A stretch of 64,000 bases of DNA, taken from assembly GCF_009914755.1 (NCBI RefSeq), contig NC_060926.1; one strand, written 5' to 3'. Each line of letters begins with the position of its first letter. The stretch's first letter is position 1. Shown here piece after piece: positions 32,188 to 43,543 of the stretch. The notes below the pieces were generated by a model. That model saw only the letters and a list, made by a program, of their open reading frames with translations. It did no database searches and was not told where the DNA came from. Source of the DNA: the human T2T-CHM13v2.0 reference genome, Homo sapiens. The position numbers and the translations under genes are program-made.

Positions 32188-32302
32188 CTCTCCTTTTTTG
32201 TAACAGGTACAACAGAAGATTTTAGAAAACAAACCAAAAATAAAGTCCTCTGATACAAAATGAGATCAGGTTCAATTGACTAGAGTGTCTTCCTCTTGTT
32301 TT
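32188..32302 (-). pseudogene. Pseudo-exon, 115 nt, phase 1>2: xNKRKTL*SIEPDLILYQRTLFLVCFLKSSVVPVTKKE(R)
   Basis: Acceptor aatacttttacag, donor GAG|gtggga; phases match both neighbours. Confidence 0.6.
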
Positions 32303-32548
32303 CTGTAAAAGTATTTTCCCGTCTAAAGCTTATCAAGAAATGCACCCTCAAAATATTTTTTTATAGTAACATGTCAGATTCAAAATGTATTTTTTACAAT
32401 GAGAGATGCTGGGATATTGAAAGATAAAAGAAAGCTAGGAGGGAAATTAATATTTTCACTTTAGGGTCATTCATAACATTTTTCTTCTTAGCAGAGTGTT
32501 AAAAAATAAATAGAGTTTTATTTCAAAGAATAGGAATTCAATATCAAC

Positions 32549-32792
32549 CTTTGTATTATGCCTTAGAAATAATAGGGAGGGAAAAACCATTCATCACATA
32601 CAACCCACAATTAAATCTTGTGAAGTAATAGGAAGAGCTCTTGCTCAGCCAGCCATCTGAATGGAAGGTGGAAAATAATGACTTGAATTGGCCACTAAAT
32701 AAATAAGAGTAATTCTTGGACACCAACTCTTGAAAGAATCAACTGCTACTCAAACCAAGTCCCTGCTTCAGATTTAAAATCTGCCTATTCGG
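32549..32792 (-). pseudogene. Pseudo-exon, phase 0>1: PNRQILNLKQGLGLSSS*FFQELVSKNYSYLFSGQFKSLFSTFHSDGWLSKSSSYYFTRFN...
   Basis: Strong acceptor cttgtttcccttttag; one TGA (32739-32741) in the first 61 codons; phase-1 donors at 32609 (T|gtgggt) or 32549 (G|gttgat). Confidence 0.6.
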
Positions 32793-33312
32793 CTAAAAGG
32801 GAAACAAGTTACCAGAAGACGCAGATCACGTGAACATAGTATAATTGTGATACTACCACATTAAAAGTAATAAAAGTTCTATAAAAGGAAGCTTGAATAC
32901 ATTTTTTATGTCATTCAAGTCATTCTCTATCATGCAGTGTGCATGACAGTTAAAAGATTGTTCTTGGGAATACAAAACAGTTCAACTTCTGTTGAGGAGA
33001 ATTTGGCAATTTTTGGAAGAATATGCCAAATTGGGTTTTTGACATTATGTCTAAGTATCTATACCAATTTACACCGGAAAAGATATGAAAAGACTCTTTT
33101 ATTCTGCCATTATAATAGTGGAAGATTGAAAACAACCCAATTCATGAAATACACAATGATGGAACAAAGTCTGGTATACCAACACATTGAAATACCATGC
33201 AACAGTGTACAGAAATGAAGAACATCTATCACAGATATGGAGGGTTGTCCATTACATATAATTGGAAAAATCAAGGCAAAGAACAATATATAAAACATAA
33301 TTACCTTTGCTA

Positions 33313-33616
<304 letters not shown>

Positions 33617-33639
33617 AGACAGAAGTTATGTAACAATAG

Positions 33640-35620
33640 ATCTAATATTACAAAAAGCAAAAAGACACTAAAAAGATGAACCAAAAATCAATAAAAATGG
33701 AGAGGAAGAAGAAACAGAGGAGGCAAGTAAAGATGAAAGCCTTTAAAAATATAACTTGTTATAAAGCTTTTCATTCTTAAGTGTTTTTAAAACACCTAAA
33801 ATGAAATCTGATAAAAATAGAAAGCAACATGTAAAGTTAAAACCAAACCAGAAACAAAGAAAAAAAATTATCTGTATATCCAGTTAGTGATATAAACCAC
33901 ACAGAGATAAAAATTTTTAAAGCAACTTTTAGCTGCATTGACCTAGTAGAAAATAAGAACAACTAAAAATAAAAGAAATCTAACTTCAATCAGTAGTCTA
34001 GTTGAGAGTGGTAGTATTGATATCATGTTGAAACTACTTGATGTATGTCGTAGATTAATGAAAATAAGTAATTTTGTTAAGAAACAAAATTTAGCTTAAG
34101 ATAAAAAAGACACAATTGTAAAAACCAAATCTTGAATAAGACTACATAAATTTGAATTGGAAATATATGTGTGAACTGCAAATTTTTTTTCTTTCTAAAA
34201 AAATACTTATTTCTTGGTAATTCCATGAAACAATGATGACTCAATAGCAATAAGCACACCTAATGCCTGGACTGCAGTATTTAAATACCACAAGAAAGCT
34301 GAGCAACTTGAGGTAATGAATCATTCCATATCTGGGTGGAAAATATACAAGATGAATTTAGAATATCTAGTTGTAATAGAAACCCAGAAAGTGATCAAAT
34401 ATAAATGAATTATATTAAAGGGACATAGGAACAAAAACATAAAGGAAATCTGGCCAAGAGTGAGAAAACTGGCACATGAAAAATCATAATGAGTACAATT
34501 GACTGTAGTATATTGAAATATACAAATTCATGTGTTCATAAGGTTACTCAAAAACATAAAGGGTTGGGGAAAACAAGACAGGAAACAAAACCGGCCAAAA
34601 CGCAATAGGAAGCAACGAGGGCATCAACTCCTTACTCAGAAAATTGACAAAAGAAGAGGTTAAACATTTATCATGTTTTTCCTTCACGAGTTCTATTTCT
34701 GCGTAACTAAATGGTCCAAGGTAATGAGGGATTTTTGTTTATTTGTCTTTTGTATTTTGTGGAAAGAATTTAAAAAAAAAAAAACAGAGAATGCCGTTTT
34801 AAACCTCTGACAAAATAATTGATTCAGGCAATTATTATCAGTGGATATAAAACTGTTGAAAAATTGACAGATTGACAGTGAACTTCATAATGATTGCATC
34901 AATCAACTACCACCTGAATCCTCTGATCAGTTTTAGTATCACTGAATGTGAGACAATAAAATACCACTTTTCTCTTTATGTGAGACAACATGAAGTGCAG
35001 AGTACCATTTTTGATGCATTCTTGACCAAAAACAACAACAACAACAACAACAAAAAACCGAGGGCAAACTCGAATCTAATTAAGTCTTTATCATTAACTT
35101 CTTTTGATATGAAATATAAGGAATAGAGCAACAAATTAAACCACACTAAGACGAAGTTGACAAACAAATGTAAATGGAAGACATTCTATAGGAGAGCTGA
35201 TTTCGCTTCTGTGAAAAGTCAATGGCATAAAAATAAAGGAGGGCATCAGCTCCTGGTTAAAGTCTTAAGAGACATGTCACTCAAAAGTAAACTGTGAACA
35301 AAATGTTGCCTTAAAAATATTATTACAATGTGAGCATGAATTACATATTGATATCAAGAAACTGGTTTTTAAAATGTTTGACAATGACATTGTGGTTATG
35401 CAAGAAAATGCCCACATAGATGCTTACTGAAGAATGAATGGGTGAACTGTCATGAAGTCTGGCATTTACTTTACAATACTTTAGTAAAGAACAAAAGAAG
35501 GAAAAGGACGAATGAAACCAATATGACAAAATCTTAATAATTTTTAAATCTGGGTGATGAATATATAGAAGTTAGTTGTACTACTCTATTTGGTATATTT
35601 TTAAAAATTTGTAGTAATTT
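33640..35620 (+). mobile_element. Old L1MC/ME 3' regions
   Basis: Degenerate L1M 3'UTR phrases (catgaagtctggcatttacttt, aatctgggtgatgaatatatagaag). Confidence 0.55.
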
Positions 35621-35743
35621 TTAAGTTGCAAAATCAATTACAAATTATTGTAATTATTTCTTAAATTTTTTTTTATTCATTGGATAGACAAAATTAATAA
35701 AAGTTCTGGAAAATAGTCAAGCTGATACTCTGGGCTCAGTTAC

Positions 35744-35831
35744 TGCACCATTCTTGGTTCCAGGTAATGTTGAATCAAAAACATAGGTCTCAAGTAGTGA
35801 CGATATAAATGGGAGGCTGTACTCTGATTTT
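35744..35831 (-). pseudogene. Candidate exon, 88 nt, phase 2>0: KSEYSLPFISSLLETYVFDSTLPGTKNGA
   Basis: Strong acceptor cctctgtctctttag, donor GCA|gtaact. A second frame is also open, so the reading is ambiguous. Confidence 0.45.
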
Positions 35832-36085
35832 CTAAAGAGACAGAGGCTCTAAGAATTTCAACCAAAGTAGTTTATATTGTATATTAAATATTTGTATGGA
35901 AAAGTAAATATATAACAAAAGGTGGACTACCTAAAAATTGCATTACAGGGGAATTATTTTTTCAAAATCTTTGATTTTTGAAAAACTTCTGATTTGTCAT
36001 TAATCCACTTTACTAATATAAAAAAGCTGAATGTTAGCCCAATATTACCTTCAAGAAAGGGATCATGAAATTGAAATCACAACTT

Positions 36086-36087
<2 letters not shown>

Positions 36088-36121
<34 letters not shown>
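36088..36121. repeat. (CA)n microsatellite
   Basis: Pure AC run. Confidence 0.98.
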
Positions 36122-36123
<2 letters not shown>

Positions 36124-38255
36124 AACCTGGTATATACTCTGTGTCAGGCACCGCTATATGCCCTAGAATTACACAAATATGATGTGGAGAAACTAGAAGT
36201 TTAATGAGGAACACAGAAATCTGAATATTTAAGATGCTCAAGCTAAATTCGAACTCATGAGAAGGAGATAAAACAGAAGACAGATGAAACAATTTTTGTG
36301 AGGTCATTCCCTAGAGGAAAAAAATGCTTTCAGTGAACAAAAGCATGAAGCAGAGAATCAATATGGAAATCTATAGTGTATTATGAGTAGATTTGTGTTG
36401 CTTAAGCTCCAAGGTAAGGCACCAATTGTTGAATGGATCTTACTTTGAAACAGAATCCAAAACCAGATGAATAGGAGAGAATTCTTCATTTCTGAAAGAA
36501 AGAACATGAAATCAAATTATCATAGATAATGACACCAAAGAACTTAAATTTACTGACTAAGAAGAGCAAAAGTCAAAATACACACGTGAAGTACACAACA
36601 ATTACACTATGAAGAAACATAAAACTATTGTTAAAGTCAAATGACTTTTATGTTGTTCTATTAACTTTCAAACATTGCATATGTGTATGGGTTTGTGTAT
36701 TTAAAATGTATAAACAAGATATGAAAACAGAAAAGGAAGATAAACAGAAAAGGATGCCTCTGTCTAAACACATGACGGGGGAAAAGTGCTTCAACATAAA
36801 TTTAATAGTTGCTGACCACTTTTGCACGTCGAATCATCATTCAAGCACATTTAAGAAACCATCATATTTTGATGAAAATTTAGGGTGAATCATTATACAA
36901 AGTTAAAAATCCTATCATACTATAAATGCCTATCCTTTCTTACACATTTTAGGCAAGTTTATTTTTGCATATAGTAGGTTTTCTTAAAGTTGGTCCCAAC
37001 TCTACTAATAATTAGTTGCATATTTGCTCAATTCTGTAACCATGGTCAAGAGAAGACCATACAATTTCACAGTCAGATCAAAAAGTTAAGATGTAAATGA
37101 AGAGCTGACACAGCACTGAAAATAACTGTTACATCTTAGAAGGCAAAATTCCAGAAGTTAATTTTCTAGCAAGTTAAAGCTGATATCACAAAATACTAGT
37201 TGATATGACAGCTCCATCAATTTCTTCAAGATATCTGTGTGTCTGGGATTTTAACAAGGTGACATATTGAGGAAAGAGGCAGAAAATCATGAAGTAAGAA
37301 ATTAAGTATTTTCTATGTTATAAAAAACATTTTAAAGTAAAGATCTAAAAAGAAATGTTCATTTTTTCATTATATTTCCAATTCTGTTTTCCTTTCCTGT
37401 TGTTTATTCTAAATTGTAAAAGTAACAAATTCGCATTGAGTATACATTTCTCAAATTCTATGCCTATTCAGAGAAGGCATTCTAAGAAATGGATTTTTTT
37501 GGCTGAAGTTTCAATAAGCTAACTATAAAATCAGACTTATAACTAATGTTTTCTACTCTACTCAAGTATGCTCAGCATTCAACCCATGAAGAAAGTGTAG
37601 CAGTTGAGCATCCATTCCTTTGAATTAAAGAATTTAGCAGGTCCATTTAGCAACATCACTATAGAGAGAAGCATAACCATACATTTTAAAAACGCATTGG
37701 GTTGGCATCAACAACTAAGGATATCAATAAAAAGTAAAAGATGAGGTTGATGGATTACAGAAACTCAGTTGGGAGAGAAAATGGAGAAGCAAACTAACAT
37801 ATAATAAAGTTAGTTGTTGAAGGTCAAATACATTTTGCAGTTTTTATTTTATGTTTGCTGTGCATATGTAGGTTTGTCTTTAAAGTTTTATAAAAGGAAT
37901 TTTTAGTAAAGGTTTTCATGCTTTAATATGGAAAGTCTGTGGCCTAAGATATGCCATATATTAATGATGAAATAGTGGGTTAATTTCCAAATGAACCTCA
38001 TCTTGTGTATGAGATAATATGGCTTGCTGCCTGCAGAGGCAATTACAGGTTCAAAACATTTGGTGTTGGACATCAATCTTGCTAAATCAATCGTTATAAA
38101 TTATCTTACAAAGGTACCTGCAATTCAATGGCAAAACCTCAAGTAGAAAATCAGCAAAGTTTACCCAACAAAAGTAACATAGAAATTTATTTTACTGTAG
38201 CTCAAGAACAATTCTCAAAGAATATTCAAGGATGTCTAGCTATGATAATCCATAC

Positions 38256-38364
38256 TTATTGCACTAAGCCTTCTTGACCTTACACAGCCTCCTGTATCTC
38301 ACACAGCACCTAATGGGATTGTAGCAATTCACAGTTCTCTTCAATGTAAGTTTCTGCAGCATCA
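38256..38364 (-). pseudogene. Candidate exon, 109 nt, phase 2>0: DAAETYIEENCELLQSH*VLCEIQEAV*GQEGLVQ*
   Basis: Acceptor ctatctggatgcag, donor AA|gtatgg; in phase with 38568-38699; three stops. Confidence 0.35.
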
Positions 38365-38567
38365 CTGCATCCAGATAGGCAGATGAATAATTCTTATATT
38401 CACTTAAAAATTAGAAAATGTATTGCATTTCTAGTTTGCATCTAGAGGCTTCTCCAATTAATGCAACTTTTTAAATGGTGAATAAAGATTACAAGGGTGA
38501 CCACAGCAGCTGGACTGACAATATGTACAATTCTTTGAATTGGGGGGAATTGAACCCATGAGCTTAC

Positions 38568-38699
38568 TCAGAAAGGAGGAAAGCAGATTGATTTGTTTGA
38601 ACATGGAAATATCTCCCTTCCCACCTCTTCTCCACCTCAGGCTTCAGTGCTTATTCCTTTTGTTTACTTCCCATGCATCTTGAAAGTATCATCATTATT
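38568..38699 (-). pseudogene. Candidate exon, 132 nt, phase 2>2: IMMILSRCMGSKQKE*ALKPEVEKRWEGRYFHVQTNQSAFLLS(D)
   Basis: Acceptor aatcttgttgcag, donor GA|gtaagc; one stop in 43 codons. Confidence 0.45.
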
Positions 38700-38999
38700 C
38701 TGCAACAAGATTCCTTAAAGAGGTCATTGCTGGTGTACATAACCTAGTTATGTAAATAGAAATTTCTTATTTAAATTTTTCCACCTTCTTTTTCCCTCGT
38801 ACATTAATAAATATCTATAAATACACATACTGTATATATAAATATACACACACATGCACATACGTACATACATATCTACTATTAGTTTAGCAAATACTGG
38901 CTTTTCATTCAATGCCGTTGGTAAGCTCTCTTAAACAGTTTCAAGACTGATTTCAACCAAAGATATATTGCACGTTTTGGAAGGAGTAAGATTTGAACC

Positions 39000-39029
39000 C
39001 TACTACTACTACTACTACTACTACTACTA
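39000..39029. repeat. (TAC)n trinucleotide microsatellite
   Basis: ctactactactactactactactactacta. Confidence 0.97.
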
Positions 39030-40459
39030 TGAGCTCATTCACCTACCTTAAGTTAGAAAAAACAGACCTGGCAAAAGCATGTGTGTTCATGTATAGGCGG
39101 CACCTAGGTATGTATATCCATTGTTAGCCTTAAACTTTGTTTCCCTGATGTGTAAATCTAAAAAATAATTAAAGGAAATAATAATCATGCCCCTCTTTTG
39201 GTATGTTTAATAATATAAAGACTAAAAAGTCATACTGTAATGAAAGACATCTTTACTAATTAACAGGCTGAAATGCTCTGGCTACAGGGGCAGTCTTCAT
39301 TTCCCCATGTGGTTTCCATTTGGAGTTAGTGTCTCTGTCAGTCAGTAACAGTCTCCTCTGTCTGAGAGCATGCTCCTCTGACTTTCTCAAACGGTCATCT
39401 AAAATGGCTGCCTAATGGGCTGGCCAGATGACTTCGGGTATGAAAACCTCTTTCAGCCTATTACAAGGTAATTTTACCTAATGGGCTTTCATATCACTCT
39501 GTTCCTCAGAGCTGCAGCCCCATACTCTATTCCACTGCCCACCTCTGGCTCTGAGCCTAAGTCATCAAACCCAAATATTTAAAAGCATTATAACCCTACT
39601 TGAAACTACTTACATTTTAATTTTCTATAAAACTTATATAGACAACCTAACAGCCTAACTTGGCTCCAGACAGTATCACAATAATATACAACATAGCTAA
39701 AAAGGCATTCCAGTTTTTTTCTAATTGGTCCTCATATGAAAATGGGAAAAGGCTTTCAGCCTACTAAATTATTCAGTGGTACTATGCTTTCTCTAAATTT
39801 ATTACTCTTGGCTGATACAGTTTTAGACATAAAATAAATGTCAGAATCTGAACTAAAAATGCAATAAATAGAACTGTCTTTACCGACAATGGCTGTTAAA
39901 AAAAATCTTCCATTTTCATACTTCACTTGTAGTGACTGTATATCATCAAATTTATTTTGATAAAAAGTTAAATAAAGTGAGAGAAACAGATCTAACCAAA
40001 ATCACATTCACTAGCTTAAGGACTATGTGAGGGCAAGTAATCACATATTTTTGGTTAATTGTTTCACACATATTCCTGTTTTTAACACTTTGGCAGCAAA
40101 TAAGACAAGATTACTAAATGTGTTATAGGAGTTATGTCAAAGATCACATATTACCCTACTTGGTTTTTGCACTGTTATAGTTTACAAAAAAGATAAGCAA
40201 AAGTAATAAAAGTAAAATCAAATGCAAAATATCTCGATGTAGTAAAAAAAAAAAAAAAAAAAAAGGAACGTTTTTAGTTAGTCATTGCCCTCATCCATTT
40301 TTGAAATTATTTCAACACTTAGAAACTACTCCTATTTTATAATTCAGTAGCTTCTTAATCTTCCCCTTACATTAAATTACTTCAGCCTGACAAAGTTGTC
40401 TCCTTTCTTCTTGAGGCTTTTAATAGACTCAATAAAAATGATGATGATGCAACAATACT

Positions 40460-40690
40460 AATAACAAAAACAATAAATAACATTTATTGAACACTGACTA
40501 TGTTTCACAGATTGTGTTAAGCGCTTTATCTGAATGATCTTTTGTAAAATCTTCACAATATCTCTGTAGACTTATTGTAATTAACCCCTTCCTACTCAGG
40601 AAGAAACTGAGAACCAGAGTAAACAAGTGACTTAAATGTTCCAGGGCTACAAATTCATACACAGGCCTCTGGCTCCAGTGCTACACATCT
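40460..40690 (-). mobile_element. MIR SINE
   Basis: aacatttattgaacactgactatg...ttaagcgcttt...ggaagaaactgagaaccagag. Confidence 0.75.
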
Positions 40691-40739
40691 AGCATTTTTA
40701 AACATAAGTGAGATGTTACACTTTGGCTCAGAGCCCACT

Positions 40740-41030
40740 GGGCTTCCCTTGCTTCCTAATCTCATTCAAGTGTGAGCTCAAATGACACACAGAAAGAAAT
40801 TTCCTCAATATCCCCGAAAAAATACCATTTTGTTTCTACTCTTTAGCACCATTTTTTATTTTTAGGGTTTACTACCTGCCAATATGTTAAATGTCTACAC
40901 GTGAATGTTTTCCCCCTTTTGAAGCTTTGGAAGCTTCAAAAGGACAGAGATTTTGTTTTGTTCATTGTTGTATTCCTAATGCCTAGTGTAGTGATGACAC
41001 ATGGTTGATTGTCAACTAACATTTGTGAAA
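40740..41030 (+). mobile_element. L2 LINE 3' end, followed by a GA-rich tract to about 41160
   Basis: ggacagagattttgttttgttcattgttgtattcctaatgcctag...aacatttgtgaa. Confidence 0.7.
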
Positions 41031-43488
41031 GGGAGGGAAGGAGGGAGGCAGGGAGACAGGAAGGAAAAAAAAGGAGGAAAGAGGGAAGGAAAAAAAGAAT
41101 GGAGGAAGAAAGGAAGAAGAGGGAAGAAGGGTGGAAGAAACACAAAAAGAAAGAAACTGATTCTGCCAGGCAATCTTTCTACAGTGCTGTATAACTCCTA
41201 CTGTCTTCTTTATTGTTGCTCTTCCTTTGCTGACTCCTTTTTATTTGCTTCCTAAATATAGGCATTATCTAAGATTTTCTTTTCATGGTTTCTCATTGCT
41301 TTCTTTCCAGAAACTTCTGTTTTTCCCCCTCCCTTTCCCCTATATTTAAGCAACCAGATTCACTTAGATGAATTCTTATAGTTATGAAGTCCTGATATCA
41401 CGGAAGTTGAAAACTTTGAAGTTGAAATTTCCCCCTGCTGTCTGTTAGGAGTAGTGAAAGCCACTGAGCCAAGAATTCATGGATTCTTTCTCTTCCTGTA
41501 CAAGTGTAAGAATGTTTAATGAAGAAAAACTCAACCAAAGTTTATTCTCGTGGTTTTGTAGCAATAAGAATAACTGACACACAATGAGTGCTAAGTCACT
41601 CAGGCGCTATTCTAGAGGCTTTAATGCATGTCTCATTAGATTCTCATGTAAACTCCATGAGGAAGATTATCATTTCACTCAGAAGTATATAATGCATCCT
41701 ATGACTGCTTAGATCCTAGAATATTGAATATCCCTTATCCTTGAAAGGAAGTGAACTGAAGTGACAGTATTTGGGATAATAATGCAAGGATGGGAAAAGT
41801 TAGGGATTCAAGCAGGATACAAATTCTAAACCCTCAACTATTCCCAACCCAAAGCATTGAATCAAATTTCTAACAACATACAAAAAAGAAAGCCCACACA
41901 CATAACAACAACAACAACAAACATGAAAATTGACAGTTTTAAGAAAAAAAATAAACCAACAACAATTCAGGGAAAAATTTTCTGAGAGCACATGATGATG
42001 GGATATCATTACATAAACATATATTGCTACCACATCTGGATTAAAGTAAAAAAATTACAAGATTTATAGTTATTTAATTTCATAACTCTAAACATTCCTA
42101 GTAATTGTCAGTTTAATTCTCCTTTGAAATTGATTGTAATTCTATTCCAAGGTTGTGTATACACTATTCTAGACATTTATATGGGAACCACAATATTTAA
42201 TCACTACCCAGATGTTTCCAAAGAAATGCCCCAGATGGTAGACGCTAGGTCTGAAAGATCCAATTTGTGAAATTTTCAGAATTCTTAAGCTAAAACTTCT
42301 ATCCAATACATAAAACTAAATTAGAATGTTCTCTTTTTGTTTGTTTTCCTACCTGATTTTGCTTCCTATTTTTTCTATTTCTATTATCAGTACTATAAAA
42401 CAGCTTTCTCAAGTTTCATTCTTAATAATGTAATAAGTATTCTTTCAACTGCTCACATTTTTCACTCATAATCACCTCTACATACAGACATGAAATGGAA
42501 GATACACTGTGTTTAGGAAACCTGAGGTTTTCCATTACTCTAAGGATAAATTCCGAATTATTTAAACTATCTTTAAAGTCTCTCAATAATCTGATACCAC
42601 CAGGCACATTGAATATTATCTTTCAGTATTTACCAAAAAAAGGAGCAACAATATTCATTGTTCCAATTTACACTACAACTACCAAACCTATACTTGGTGA
42701 AGACTTGCTTCAAGTCTCCACATAAAGAACTAAGGAGTATACTGTCCTAGCCTCAATGTCCTAAGTTGCCATATATTTTCTTCTTCTTTTATAAATGTAA
42801 AGCTTCACTACTCTATTCTCCTGTTTAGTTTGAGTTCACCAATTTAATAAACTTTTCCTTTCAGATTTGTTCTGATATAGCCTAGTTTTCTGACCAGAAG
42901 AACTTCAATGAAGGAACTAAAACAATTTAAACTGAAGTGAGGTCAAAAATGAATTCATCTATTCAAACTTATATGTTTGCATTTAATTTTTTAATGGAAA
43001 TATGGTAATCATACATATTTATGGGGTACAGTGTGAGGTTTCCATGCATAAGTACATTGTGTAATGAACAAGTCAGGATAATTAGCAAATTCATCACCTC
43101 AAACACTTGTCATGTATTTGTGATGAGAACATTCAAAATCCTCTCTTCTAGATATTTTGAAGTACACATGATTGTTGACTATAGGCACTCTGCTGTGCAA
43201 TAGAACACCAGAAATTATTCCCCTATCTAACTCTAACTTTGTGCCCATTCACCATGCTCTCCTCGGCCCCATCCCCTCTACTCTCCCCTCTACATTCTCC
43301 TCGGTAACCACTATTCTACTTTCTAATTCTATGAGGTCAACTTTTTAAGATTCCACGTGAGTGAAATCATGGAGGTATTTGTCGTTCTCTGCTTGGTTTG
43401 TTCCAATTAATATAATGTCTTTTAGGTTCACCCACGTTGTGCAAATGACAGGATTTCATTATTTTTTAATGCTTTATTTCATGATATT

Positions 43489-43495
43489 GTGTGTG

Positions 43496-43541
<46 letters not shown>
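43489..43541. repeat. (TG)n(TA)n microsatellite
   Basis: Seen directly. Confidence 0.97.

Positions 43542-43543
<2 letters not shown>

Noticed and set aside
40205-40264. AATAAA followed by A21 as a retrocopy tail
   Set aside because: No TSD and no recognisable upstream mRNA or SINE body.
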